Source of the DNA: Eledone cirrhosa
Lineage: Eukaryota
Length of the DNA: 64,000 nt
Direction of reading: 5' to 3'
NCBI GenBank assembly: GCA_964016885.1
Contig: OZ024740.1
Coordinates: forward strand, 417,880,001-417,944,000
Below are positions 25,454-38,024 of the stretch, one piece after another. The notes under the pieces were generated by a model. It was not told the origin of the DNA. It did not search any database and was given only the letters and a program-made list of their open reading frames with translations. Both the position numbers and the translations under genes were made by a program. Each line of letters opens with the position of its first letter. The stretch's first letter is position 1.

Positions 25454-25566
25454 CTTCTTACACGGTGTTTCATCTAGGCGATATCAATATAACATTTCTA
25501 TACATATATGTGTACATATATATATATATTGCTATAAGGGATATTTTCATAGAATCTTCAGAGAAG
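25454..25566 (-). ncRNA. Type-I hammerhead ribozyme candidate with long stem-II loop
   Basis: - strand CTTCT-CTGAAGA-t-tcta...taga-t-GAAA-cac-c-gtg-TA-AGAAG; perfect 5-bp stem I, GUA triplet, quasi-palindromic stem III. Confidence 0.65.
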
Positions 25567-25653
25567 AAACGTTTTTAATGATGTTACTGGAAGGTAATCC
25601 AATTTATATAACAACGAACGAAATTTACTATTACCATATTATATATATACATA

Positions 25654-25833
25654 CAAGGATTGGATGAACAGTTCAAGGGTGACCAAGATTCTCTCATGGA
25701 ATGACGAAATTAGGTTTATTTTACAACATAGCCCTGGAAAGAAACAATGCAGTTGAAATGAATGCATACTAGATTTCTCAACTTTAGCACCATTCCTTCA
25801 TAGTCAGCCTATGAACGTTTCAGCCGACCCTCA
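25654..25833. mobile_element. Degenerate mariner-type MITE
   Basis: Left ta-caaggattggatgaacagttcaagggtgac is an imperfect inverse of right gtcagcctatgaacgtttcagccgaccctc. Confidence 0.5.
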
Positions 25834-26084
25834 AATGAGGTACCAATAATATGGTTGTCGCTTTAATTTGTGGTGTTTTGCTGCCAGTTTGGAAGTCTTT
25901 CAGTATGTCATTCTGGAGCTATAAACTATTTCACCAGCAGAAATACCTGACTGTGCTGTCCAAGTAAGACAAACTTGTTTACTACTGTCTGTTCTGTTTC
26001 TTCGCGTATATTTTACGTTGGACAAGCTGGAACATTGCAGCTGTCTTGTCCAAGCTAATAATGTGTCCATATACTTCATATAAT

Positions 26085-26256
26085 TGTTTCTACTTTTGGC
26101 ACAAGGCCAGCAATTATCCCAGTGCATTTCTGGTACTTTATTTTATCGACCCCGTAAGGATGAAAGGCAAACTTAACCTCGGCGGGATTTGAACTTAGAT
26201 CATAAAGGGCCGTAACTCTTTGCTGCAAAGCATGGCGTCCGACCCTCTACTGATAC
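26085..26256 (-). mobile_element. tRNA-derived SINE
   Basis: Reverse-complement match to 10555-10737. Confidence 0.85.
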
Positions 26257-26496
26257 ACCGCTATTATATGTGCTTCATATAATGCAGAAATATAATCCAT
26301 GGGAATTTGTATATCTTCAGCAGTATGTGCAACTAAGTTGCAATCTTCGGGATATTTCTAACCTCGGAGACAATCGTTTCGCTTTCAGTTACAAGTGTGA
26401 AAATTGTTGAGCCTTTAATAGTAGTGACCAAGATGGCAGGTATTTTGGGCAAGTGTGGAGACTTCAGTAATCATATGTGGGGAATAAAATCGAATA

Positions 26497-27114
26497 CAGT
26501 GGTGCCTTGACTTACGAGTGTCCCAACTAACGAGTTTTCGTATCTCGGCCGATTTTTTGCTTTGAGTTGTGAGCTAAAATTCGGGTTACGAGCCAGATTC
26601 AGATATCCTTCCGCTAGTTGGAGTAGCGAGCGCCACAGTGAACGCTGTAACATCCGCCCAGCATCCAATAGGTCCGAAGAAAATGAGCGCAAAGGACAGT
26701 GCTGAGAAGAAGAAACGGATGATGTGCATTGAATTAAAGAAAGAAATTATCGAAAAACGACCACGGTGTGCGTGTAGTCGACTTAGCGAAGTAATACCAG
26801 CGTAGCACTCCTACGATCGGCACCATACTGAAGAAGGAGTCGATAAAGGCTATAACCCCAGCCAAGGGAGTTAAAATAATTTCTAAACAGCGGGCATCTA
26901 TCCATGAAAATATGGAAAAGCTGCTGATAGTGTGGTTGACGGAGAAGCAGCTCGCAAGAGATACCGTGACGGAGAAGCAGCTATAATCTGCGTGAAGGCA
27001 GGAGCTATTTACGCTGATTTGCTGCAGCAGACCCCAGGTACTTCGACATACGAATAATTTGAGTTACGAGCTCCGTCACAGAACGAATTAAACTCGTAAG
27101 TCAAGGCACCACTG
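26497..27114 (+). mobile_element. Internally deleted Tigger/pogo transposon
   Basis: TA-flanked perfect 23-bp TIRs cagtggtgccttgacttacgagt; decayed CENP-B-type N-terminal HTH coding remnant (GPKKMSAKDSAEKKKRMMCIELKKEIIEK...HENMEKLLIVWLTEKQLA). Confidence 0.9.
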
Positions 27115-27156
27115 TATTTTTTGTGTAATTAAACCTTATTATCACAATGTTTATAG

Positions 27157-27305
27157 GCAGCGAATTGGCAGTCGTTAGAACGTCCGGTAGAATTCTTTAT
27201 GGTATTCGTTCTGGCTCTTTGCTCTCTGAGTTCAAATCCAGCCGAGGTCAACTTTGCTTTTCATCCTTTCAAGATCAATAAAAAAAAGTACCAGTCAAGT
27301 ACTAG
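27157..27305 (+). mobile_element. tRNA-derived SINE (related subfamily), partial
   Basis: ggcagcgaattggcag...ctgagttcaaatccagccgaggtcaactttgcttttcatcc...aaagtaccagt. Confidence 0.7.
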
Positions 27306-27814
27306 AGTAGATTCTTCCTCAATATCTTCCGCTCACTCTCTATCCTTCTCTGGAATACATCTGCTGTATTCAGGTCTGTAGAGGGTTAGGCTCCGCCAGG
27401 TTTTAATGCCCTAGAAATGCTGTATATCAATACGGTACCCCTACGACTCTCGAGAGGGTTACGGGACCATACATGTCAATTTGGTTTCCCATAATTCTTT
27501 TAACTATACATTTTATTTATCTTTTTTATTTTATACATTTTATTTATGCTTATTCTGCCCCCAATTGGCCTTTTCTATTTAAATTTTTAATCTAATTTAA
27601 TTTTTATAATCATTTATTTATATTCTCTACATCTTGTTGTTTTTTGTTTCTCAACTGTAAGAAGTACTAGATACTTTCCTTAGTCTGTCATGGCTTATTA
27701 GCTCTATACGGACGTTTAAATCAAATGAATAAAAAAATAAATATCAGTGACATTCTATAGAACATCAACCTCATCCATTAGTATCTAACTACTAAGTCTC
27801 TTCATGATGTCTCG

Positions 27815-28008
27815 TTCAACATGCTTTGCGGCATATAGTTACGTCCCTTTCCGTTCTGAGTTCAAATCCTGCCGAGGTTAGCTTTGCTTTTCATTCTCAT
27901 GGAGTCGATAAAATAAAGTACCAGTAATACACTGGTTTCAATTTCATCACCCCCCCCCCCCCCCCCCCCTTCAAATTGCTGGCCTTGTGCTAAATGTAGA
28001 AACAATTA
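27815..28008 (+). mobile_element. tRNA-derived SINE, 5'-truncated
   Basis: catgctttgcggcatatagttacg...gagttcaaatcctgccgagg...gctggccttgtgctaaatgtagaaac. Confidence 0.8.
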
Positions 28009-29189
28009 TGATGTCTTCTATGTGTAGCGGCGTTCCCGCAGTCTCCATGAAACTTTCAAAGTCAGCCATGTCAGATTTACTATCGATGTTGTCACAGTAT
28101 TTTTCTTGGTTTATATTTAACGGAGATATCGTCTCCCTTCATCTTTCGGTATACAGCTTGTAGATTAGAAAGAAATTTGTAGTTAATGGCTTCTCGCTAT
28201 ACTATGTATGTATGTGTGTATGTGTGCGTGTATGTGTGCATGTGTGTGTGTATGCATGTGTGCATGTTTTGATTTTAATATTTCATGAATTTTCAGCAGA
28301 GAAAGAGAAAGGTTTCTAACGTAGACACAAGACTCTTCCGTTGGAATTTAGACATCATCAAATAGATAAATATGTATGTATGTACGTATGTGTGTATATA
28401 TATGTACGTATGTATGTACGTATGTGTGTATGTATGTGAATAAAGACAGATGAAATAAGTACTAAACTAAAATATCAACTGAGGGTCAATATGATTGATT
28501 AAACCTCGGAAGGCGGGACATCAACATAGTCAGACGATTACAACCAGTAAAAGGATAAAGAATTTAATTCACTACGTTTTAGTCACACAGGCATTTCAGA
28601 AATATTAATCGGAATTTCTTAGTTAAAGTTTATAAGTTGATTGCATAGTTCGAAACCTACATTCATTGAAACTATCTTACTAGCAGACGACTATCTGATA
28701 TCGTCTGCCACATTTACTTTTAAGATCTTACTTACTGATTATTTCATTTCAAAAAGAACACAGAATGGAGACCATTGCTTTTAAATAGTAGTTAACATAT
28801 TATACATACATGTCTATACACGTCAATACACATGTCTATATACACCGACAGTCTTTCACTTTTCTCTTCCCTCCACACTCTCCCTTCAAACACATACATA
28901 CACACAAATATTTACACATATACATACATACATACAAACATGCCTATACACACCGTCCGTCTTTCTCCTTTCTCTTCATCTACTCCCTACAAATACATAC
29001 ACACAATTATTTACATATACATATATAGCCTAAAATAAATGATTATATATATATATATATATATATGTTTGTACTTGGGGTCCATATGATACATGTTTAA
29101 GTACAAAGGTGGATATGATCAACTAAACCCTCCAAGGCGGTGTCTTTGCACGGCCGCAATACAATGACTGAAACGTAAAAAGAATTATA

Positions 29190-29249
<60 letters not shown>

Positions 29250-29250
<1 letters not shown>

Positions 29251-29358
29251 ACAATCATCATCATCATCACCAACATCACCATCATCCTTACCACCACCAC
29301 CACCACCACTCAAATCATCATCATTACCACCACCACCACCATCACTACCACCATCATC
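29250..29358. repeat. (CAT/CAC)n trinucleotide tract
   Basis: Directly visible; source of the poly-His ORF. Confidence 0.9.
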
Positions 29359-30419
29359 CGGAAAGCATTGAATAATGTAGTTGTATCATCCCTGAAAATA
29401 AGAGATGGTCATGGCTAGAATGCTTTTGATAATATATATACTTGATCAGAAGTGAGTAGAAGCTAAAAAGTAACAACAACAACAACATCATCACACTTTT
29501 ACTAGTCCTAGCCAGTTGGTGGTGTCACACTTAAGAGGGGGTGGATCACCGTCGTTTCCGACGATGAGTGCTTCAGTTGATTCAATCAACGGAACTGTCT
29601 GCTCACGGAATTAACGTGTAAGTGGCTATGATTTCCACAGGTGTATGCACCCTTAACGTAATTAGTTCTCAGGGAGATTCAGCGTGTGTTTTTTTTCTTT
29701 TTCTCTCGCTTTGATCATATACTTTTGTGCATGATATTTGTGAGGATCCTAGCAATAGTTAATTGTATTTATTACTTCAATAATTATTTTATAAAAAAAA
29801 TAAAAAAATTTAATATATATATATATATATGTATTTATATATAGTAATAATAATAAATGTGAATACTAAAATCCAAAAAGGGCTCGATAGGGAAAAATAT
29901 ATATCAAATATATAAGAACCATAGAGCAAATGTATATATATATATATATATAAAAGAGGGCTCTTGGAATTTAATCACTGAATGACCCTATATGTAAATG
30001 ATACACTCTGAAAACAAAGCCAACAATAAACAAATCATCCAGGGGATACCAAATCCATAACTATTACACTCATTAAAACAAAGCCAATTAAAAACTAAAT
30101 GTCTATATAAGATCCAAGATATCCTCCATAATTCCTACCTCTGATATCCTCTATATTTCCTGACTCAAACTCTGTTAACCCAACCACCAACCCGCCCTAA
30201 ATATGAATATGTGGAAGACATACTTGTTTAAGCTGCAGCTGTCATATTATGCAGTTTCTGTATAAGAATAAACAGCAAACAATATTTATATATGATCCAC
30301 AAATTGATAAAGAAAACTTGAAAGGATGAAAGGTAAAGTAGACCTCGGCGGGATTTGAACCTAGAGTACTGTGAACTCGATGTCTAAATACGTTGTACTA
30401 CATCTTTATTTGAAATATC

Positions 30420-30715
30420 AGAGAATAATTGAGAGATCACAGCTCCGATACTATGGACATGTGGTTAGAATGTCTAGGGAAAGAATCGCTGGGCAGATTT
30501 TACAGGCTAAACCAACCGGCAGAAGATCCAAGGGTAGACCACGAGCAAGATAGTAGGGCAACATCCATGAGCTCGGCTGGTTACGCTTGGGGATCCAGCC
30601 AGATCAATTGGAGGCGGCTGCTTCTGACAGGACCTGTTGAAAGGAGTGTTTGAGGATTCCCCCCCCCCCCCCCCCCACGCCCTCTCAGGAATAAGTGAAC
30701 GAAGAAGAAAAAAGA
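30420..30715 (+). mobile_element. 3' fragment of an RTE-clade LINE
   Basis: IERSQLRYYGHVVRMSRERIAGQILQAKPTGRRSKGRPRAR fits the RTE C-terminal RLRWxGHxxRM...GxRxxGRP motif; (GAA)n-like tail. Confidence 0.75.
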
Positions 30716-31119
30716 ATAGTTCATATAGCTGAACTTGACCTCACTGCCCCAGTGAACAATTTACAGTAGTTTCCTCCACTGAACTGTTGGTTCTAAAAAT
30801 AGATCAATTATATGTCACACTTAATTTAAGTTATTTATTTTCCAATCAAATATCATACGAATAATATAAATATATTGTATCTATAAATATTGTCTCTGAT
30901 ATCGTTCCATAGTTTATCACTCAACTCAACAGACTTGTAAATAATATAAATGTTTTGCATATAATTGATTGTGTCTTTAAGTTTGTTCCATAGTTATTAA
31001 TATTACGTACATAAACAATAGCAGACGATATATTACAGACAATGAAAAATGTATCAGCCATGTTGGAAATATTGAAATTTAAGTGTTTGTTTGTTTTGTT
31101 GTCTCAGTAGACAATAATT

Positions 31120-31129
31120 ACGCGCGCGC

Positions 31130-31180
<51 letters not shown>

Positions 31181-31587
31181 TGTTGTGTGTGTATTTGTTT
31201 GTGTTATGTTTATGGGTATATGGTGTTGTGTGTGTGTATATGTATGTGTTGTGTGTGTATGTGTGTATCTGTTTGTGTGGTGTGTGTATGTGTGTATCTG
31301 TTTGTATGGTGTATGTATGTATGTGTTTTGTATGCGTATGCATGTGTATATGTGTATGTGTGTGTATGTATGTGTATGTGTATGTATGTGTGTATGCGCA
31401 TGTATATATGGATGTGTTGTGTATGTATGTGTTGTGTGTGTATGTGTGGTGTGTGTATGTGTTGTATGTGTATGTATGTATGTGTATGTATGTGTATGTA
31501 TGTGTATGTATATGTATGTATGTGTATGTGTATGTATGTGTATGTATGTGTATGTATGTATGTGTATGTATGTATGTATGTGTATGT
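31120..31587. repeat. (TG)n/(TATG)n low-complexity tract
   Basis: Directly visible. Confidence 0.95.
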
Positions 31588-31862
31588 CAGGTCACCAGTT
31601 GGTGCTACTGGTAACATGTATCCCAGTACAACCTGTCACATGGTCGGGTCGATGGCGACTAAACTGGCAACCCCACCAAGGTTTCTTGGTGAGGAGGGTG
31701 ACTTTGGACATCCTGCAGGACTAAAAACAAAACCTGTCAAAGGGCAAAGGAGCTCTTAAGAGTCAATGGCCATCCAAAATCACCGGGAGAGATTACCCCT
31801 TAGCCTTTGTCAAGGCAGAATTCTAGGAGAAGGAAAACTCTGATATAACACCTGCAACCCTG
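31588..31862 (+). mobile_element. Possible RTE-type LINE 5' UTR fragment
   Basis: GC-richer island with ggagaaggaaaactctga motif typical of RTE leaders (recognition only). Confidence 0.3.
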
Positions 31863-32439
31863 ATGGTATCCAATGATGTTGACTTGTTCTTCTTTTTGGT
31901 AAATATCATCTTGGTTAAGAGAGTGGGACTGGCTTTATGCAGTGCCTTTGCTCACTATAAAGGCTTCACGGCACAGGCATTGCTTTATATCTGGAGATCT
32001 CTCTGCACTTGTCATCACATGGTACCATGGGCCCAGCACTATGTGTCAATAATTGTCACAAGTGTAGTGTTTGTACCAGAGTTTTCAAGTCGGTGGCTGG
32101 ACTAAAAAGTCACACTTGTTCAGCGCATCGGTAGGGGTTCTCCTACATGGATATAAAGTAGTGGCCATTCTCGAAAACGAGTTGGCAGCCACCATGTGTA
32201 TGTATGTGTATGTATGTGTTGTATATATGTGTAAGCCCAAATGTGAACATAAGTCCGTATAACATTCCGTCGCCTCTCCATTCCATTCACTGTAACTACT
32301 TCCCCTCCCCATCTCCTCCCCCCTTTCCTCCAGCCTATATTTTAATTATCTTTCTTTCTCTCACTGCCGCTCTCTATATTCTATGTTGTCGAAAGTGACA
32401 GATGGGTCAACCAAATAACTCCCCAAAACATCCAATACT

Positions 32440-32945
32440 ATATAAGATATATAGAACTACTATATAGATCAGATGATACATAGAACTACTATATAGACAT
32501 AGAACTACTATATAGATCAGATGGTACATAGAACTACTATATAGATCAGATGATACATAGAACTACTATATAGACATAGAACTACTATATAGATCAGATG
32601 ATACATAGAACTACTATATAGATCAGATGATACATAGAACTACTATATAGATCAGATGGTACATAGAACTACTATATAGATCAGATGATACATAGAACTA
32701 CTATATAGACATAGAACTACTATATAGATCAGATGATACATAGAACTACTATATAGATCAGATAATACATAGAACTACTATATAGACATAGAACTACTAT
32801 ATAGATCAGATGATACATAGAACTACTATATAGATCAGATGATACATAGAACTACTATATAGACATAGAACTACTATATAGATCAGATTATATATAGAAC
32901 TACTATATAGACATAGAACTACTATATAGATCAGATGATACATAG
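32440..32945. repeat. Minisatellite of mixed 29-bp and 19-bp units
   Basis: atagaactactatatagatcagatgatac alternating irregularly with atagaactactatatagac. Confidence 0.95.
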
Positions 32946-32959
32946 ATGAGATGATATGC

Positions 32960-33185
32960 GTCCTCGTCAGCAGTGTTCTTCCAAACACAATAGAATCCTC
33001 TGTGTTCAGAGAACGTGAGGCCGCCTGTGAGACGTGGGACCGGCTGGGACTTAGCCCAGTAGACGTCTCTCCTCCTTCTCCCCCTGTTGACGTCAAGTTC
33101 CCCCAAAGCACTTGGGATGCCATCCAGTGCAGCCTGGCCTCAGAGAGGCTCACGCGTCAGCTCGACCAGCACCGCCTTGGATCGA
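32960..33185 (+). mobile_element. Possible CRE-like non-LTR retrotransposon coding fragment
   Basis: GC-rich island translating FPQSTWDAIQCSLASERLTRQLDQHRL, reminiscent of the QxxWD...DQxRL segment downstream of RT in CRE-type elements (recognition only). Confidence 0.3.
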
Positions 33186-33947
33186 ACTTCAGACCAGGAT
33201 CACCACCGTCTATGATTCCTCCAACTGGACCACCGAGACAGCTACAAAAGTATAATGAAAATTAATAATTATAAACCTACTTTCAAAATCAAAGTTTAAA
33301 AGATTTAGTGTCATTTATGGCTTTCCCAAACCTATTAGTAATATTATGGGTCGACTTGTCAATCTTCTGGCTCTTTGGTAACGACCTCATTATTCCTATG
33401 TGTGTTTAATTGTTGAATTAATTTAATTTGATTATTTTAACAAAACAAATAATGTGTATATATATATAATGCCAATCTTTGTAAGTTTGTATCTGACATA
33501 CAAAAACATATATATATGAATAAAGTAAGTAGATTCAAATATCACAGGGAGAAAGAGAGGGGGGGGGATAAGATGCACCTCTTGACAAGGATTGAACCCA
33601 AGGTCAAGATCTCCACCCCTCTAGTAACTACTGCTAGGCCACAGAGACGGCTACCAAAATCTATTCTAATTCATACTTAAAAACCTACTTTCAAAATGTT
33701 CAAAACAAAGTGTTGTGGTGCCGTTCATGTCTTCTTAATGTTATTGCTCCTACTTAAGGTTGACTTCTAAATCATTTGGGTGTTCCACAAACTACATCCT
33801 CGTTTTGTTTCACATCTATCTAGACTATATTTTAACCTCTAATCAATGTTTCATTTCTGTTGCACCCCATTCTCCCCCTCCCTTTCTCTCTGTGATATTT
33901 GAATCTACTTACTTTATTCATATATATATATGTTTTGTATGTCAGAT

Positions 33948-34930
33948 CCAACTTCACCTTTCTTCGCCTCGCCGAGCTCGTCCTAACCCTTAACTGCTTC
34001 TCCTTCTCGGGTGAGTTTACCAACAAGTCACGGGGGTAGCCATGGACACAAGAATGGGCCCAAACTATGCCAACCTTTTCGTTGGCCATGTTGAGGCCCA
34101 AATCTTTACCCAGTACACCGGCCCCATGCCCGAACTGTACGGTCGTTATATCGACGACTGCATTGGAGCCACAACCCTCACCCAAGAACAGCTCGACTCC
34201 CACTCCTACCTCGACTTCACCTCCTCCCACCCTACACACACCAAACAATCCATTCCCTACTTCCAACTCCTCCCGATCCGCCGCCCCTGCAGTCGAGATG
34301 CTGACTTCGAGTCCCAGGCCCTTTCTCTAGTCAGCCATTTTATCCGGAGAGGTTACCCACCCTCCCTCGTCCACGCCACTCTCTCTCGCGCTCGTGCTGT
34401 CCACCGCTCCACCGCCCTCATGCCATGGCTCCGCACCTCCACCCACCGTCTCCCCTTCCCCTTCACCTACCACCCATTCACCACACCATCCTCCGCCTGC
34501 AGTCCGACCACTCTACCCCTCCCCTTCTCGCCCCCCCCCCGGTTCCCTTCCCTGCTCCAGACCTCGCTGCCACACCTGCTCCCACATCACCAACACCACC
34601 ACCGTCCAGGGTCCCAACGGCCACTCTCTCTCTGTCCGGCACGCCTTCCGCTGCACCTCCTGCAACCTCGTCTATGGACTTCGCTGCACGGAGTGCAGCG
34701 CAAAACTACGTCGGACAGACTGGACATCGCCTGGCGGACCGGTTCGCGAAGCACCTCCGAGATATCCGTCTCAGCGGGTGTTCCCCCATCTCTCGTCACT
34801 TTGGTTCCCCTGGACAGTCTGCGGCCTGTTCCAATACCATGGGACCCCCGCCACCCGCCTCACGGTCGTGCAATACACCCTCTGCAACCCTACAGACCCA
34901 TACACACCCCGGCCTGAACTCCCCACTCCA
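33948..34930 (+). pseudogene. Second, C-rich Penelope-like element (RT + GIY-YIG), internally deleted and frameshifted
   Basis: GVAMDTRMGPNYANLFVGHVE, YGRYIDDCIG, DSHSYLDFTSSHP, PCSRPRCHTC, NLVYGLRCTEC, YVGQTGHRLADRFAKH, PGLN distributed across three frames. Confidence 0.88.
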
Positions 34931-35204
34931 CTGTCTCTAGTATCTACCGCTAGTCCACAGAGACAATTACGAAAATTCATACTTATAAACCTACTTTCAA
35001 AATTTTCAAAACAAAGTTTTGTGGTGTCGTTCATGTCTTTCTTAATGTTATTGCTCCTACTTAAGGTCGACTTCTAAATCATTTGGGTGTTCCATAAACT
35101 ACATCCTCGTTTTGTTTCACATCTACCTAGACTATATTTTAACCTGTAATCAATGTTTCATTTCTGTTGCCCCCCCCCCCCCCCCCACACACACACCACA
35201 ACCA

Positions 35205-35479
35205 CTGCTTCCAGCTATTTGCACTATCGTATATTTCGGTTTCTAGTAATTCCCTGGGGAATTGGTTGACCAAATGCGTTGCTTAATTGTTTTATTTATT
35301 TATTTTTTTTATGTTATTCTTTCTCTTAGACTTCAGGTATTTTTCGAAAGCAAAGCATTGGCCCCTAGAATACTACAGAGGGCCCTGCAATGCTACTGTG
35401 GGCTCTTGTAATGCTACCGTGGGCCCCCTAGGACCCACTTGCCATTGGGCAACCTGGAAACCTGGCAAGTCCGCCACTG
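35205..35479 (-). mobile_element. Terminal arm of the same hAT family as 2120-3717, inverted
   Basis: Reverse-complement match to 2120-2390 (ggttgcccaatggcaagtggg, tggtcaaccaattccccagg, tacgatagtgcaaatagctgg); ends gtccgccactg at 35479. Confidence 0.85.
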
Positions 35480-35897
35480 TATATAGATCAGATGACAGAT
35501 ATAAATACTATGTAGATTAGATGACACATGGAAATTTACTTGAATTTAATTTATATTTTATATTGTCTTATGTAAAACAATTTAATGCCGTCTTTGTTGG
35601 TCGTATGAAACACGTTGTGGACCACCAAAACTGTGTCATGGATCATTGGTGTTCCAGCTGGACTAGGTTGTTTACCCTAGTTGTAGGAATTACCCTGGTT
35701 ACTTTACATACAGACCAACGTGTGTTCTATACTATCTAAACCTTATTTTTATGGTGCCACCCCAGCATACGAATGTAATGTCGTGTAATCTATTCCTAGA
35801 CCGGGCGGGGTACGTTAGTAAACTCAGCTGGTAAAAATGAGTTGTTGGACATGGAAATTCAAGGGGTCAACCTTGTTACTAATTATTTTTATTTTTA

Positions 35898-36780
35898 AGG
35901 GCGGTGATTGGCAGTATCGGTAGAGGATCAAACGCCATGCTTAGTTACGTCCCTTGCCATTCTGAGTTCAAATCCCGCCGAGGTTAACTTTGCCTTTCAT
36001 CTTTACGGGGTCGATAAAATAAAGTACCAGTAATGCACTGAGATAATTTCTGGCCTTGTGCCAAAAGTAGAAACAATTATTAGCCTGAATAAGGGCGATG
36101 GATTGGCAGTATCGGTAGAGGGTCAGATAGCATGCTACGTGGCATAGGGTTACGTTCTGAGGTTATCTTTGCCTTTTATCCTTATGGGGCGATAAAATAA
36201 AGTACCAGTCACGCACTGGGGACGATTTAATCGACTTTCCCCTCCACCAAAATTGCTGGCCTTGGCCTAGTAACAATTATTAGACTGAAAAAAATTGGTA
36301 GTATTGGTAGAGCGCCGGACACCATAGAGTTACGTCCTTTTACGTTCTGAATTCAAATCCTGCTTTTCATCCTTACGATAAAATAAAATACCAACAACAC
36401 ATTAGGAACTATTATCATCATTCCAAGAATTCGTGGTTCAATATCTTCAAGGACCACTTTTTCTCACATTCCCTTTCTGTGGTCCCTAAATACAAAATAT
36501 CTACAAATGAGGTGAATACTTTACTAATTTCTGACCATCAAGATAATCATTAACTTTTCAGTAAAGTACCTCCGTGGGTCGATAAAATAAAGTACCAGTC
36601 ATGCACTGGGGCCGATTTATTCGACAAGCCCCTCAAAAAAAGGTTGTTGGCCTGGTGCCTAAATCAGTTGATAAAATAAAGTACCAGTAATGCACTGGAG
36701 CCGATTCAATCGACCCCCCACCCCACCCACCACCGCAAAAAAAATTGTTGGTCTCGTGACTAAATCAGAAATTATTATTC
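35898..36780 (+). mobile_element. Cluster of about five tandem or partial tRNA-derived SINE copies
   Basis: Repeated ggcagtatcggtagag heads and gataaaataaagtaccag bodies. Confidence 0.8.
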
Positions 36781-37494
36781 TAGAAGCGTCTTAAGAGAAA
36801 TCATAACGAAAGAAACTGTTAACAGGAATAGCTAGCAGCAATAGGAACATGACTGACAGATTCGGGAAATAACATCACATCTGTATTGAAGGTACCAATA
36901 ATTTATTGATCTCCTAATATAATTATATAATCGATAGATATTTTTGAAATGTAACAAATTTGAAATTTGAAGATATCTTTTTAAAGATATATTTATATAG
37001 ACATATTTTTTAAATACCGATTCTTTATTTCTTATATATTTTACGAAGCATAATGAGAGAGAAAATAACATATGAAGGTGTGATGTTCATGCCTTTCCAA
37101 GGACATTAGAAATAAAATGGACTCACGGTAACCTTGTATTTACTCTCTATAATTTTTCTAATATGTAATACTGAATATTTCCAATGGCAGTAGAGATAAC
37201 AAAGGTAGTGGAGCGCTTAGAATATGCTTCACTGGTGAGATTTAATAAGACCAAAATATGTCTGGAGTTGTCACTGTACTGTTAAAGATCAGGCCCAATC
37301 CTCACTGCATTATATATTTCAAATCAATTGTAATTAAATTAAATTCCATAAGTTGTTTCTCTTAACTTTTCTGACCAGAGCATCAATATCTCATTAAGGG
37401 AATTTGAATACAGAAATAGCCAACTGATCTTTGACTGGTATAGTCACTGCCTCCGTCTCTTCCGCTCTCCCATCTCTCATTATTAGAAACAAAT

Positions 37495-37587
37495 GGATTG
37501 GCAGTATCAGTAGAGAGTCGGACACCATGCTTTGCAGCATAGAGTTACGGTCCTTTACGGTCCGAGTTCAAATCCCGCCGAGGTTGA
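37495..37587 (+). mobile_element. SINE tRNA-like head only
   Basis: ggattggcagtatcagtagagagtcggacaccatgc...gagttcaaatcccgccgaggtt, then unrelated sequence. Confidence 0.75.
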
Positions 37588-38024
37588 AGCTCACACCTGC
37601 GGGTAGCAAACTCCGTGGTGGTGAGTAGGGAGGTGGTCCTAGGACAAAGGACAGCAGAAATCCCCACTGCTATGGACTTGACCGCAAGCCTGTCGGAAAG
37701 CGACCGATATTTGAGGGAACTATTGCTTGTACTCACATTTGGAGTAATTTGAGTTAATTAAACTGTTTCTGCTCACCCTATTGATTATCATGGTCAGGTC
37801 AAGCTTCTGCCTGCTTCTGGTACCATGTAACCCAGTAAAACCTGCTTCGTAGTCAAGTAGTCGGCGATTAACCCTGCTCCCCACCCTGGTCTAGTGAGGA
37901 GGGTGAGTGGATCCCAGCAGCACAAAAATCAAGAACTATTAGAAGCGCAGAGTCGACAGCAATCCACCCCAACTATGAATTAAATAGCCTCATCAAACAG
38001 CAATTGGTCAAGAATAGTGAGTAC

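Noticed and set aside
29190-29375. Poly-His protein
   Set aside because: Trinucleotide microsatellite adjacent to a TA tract
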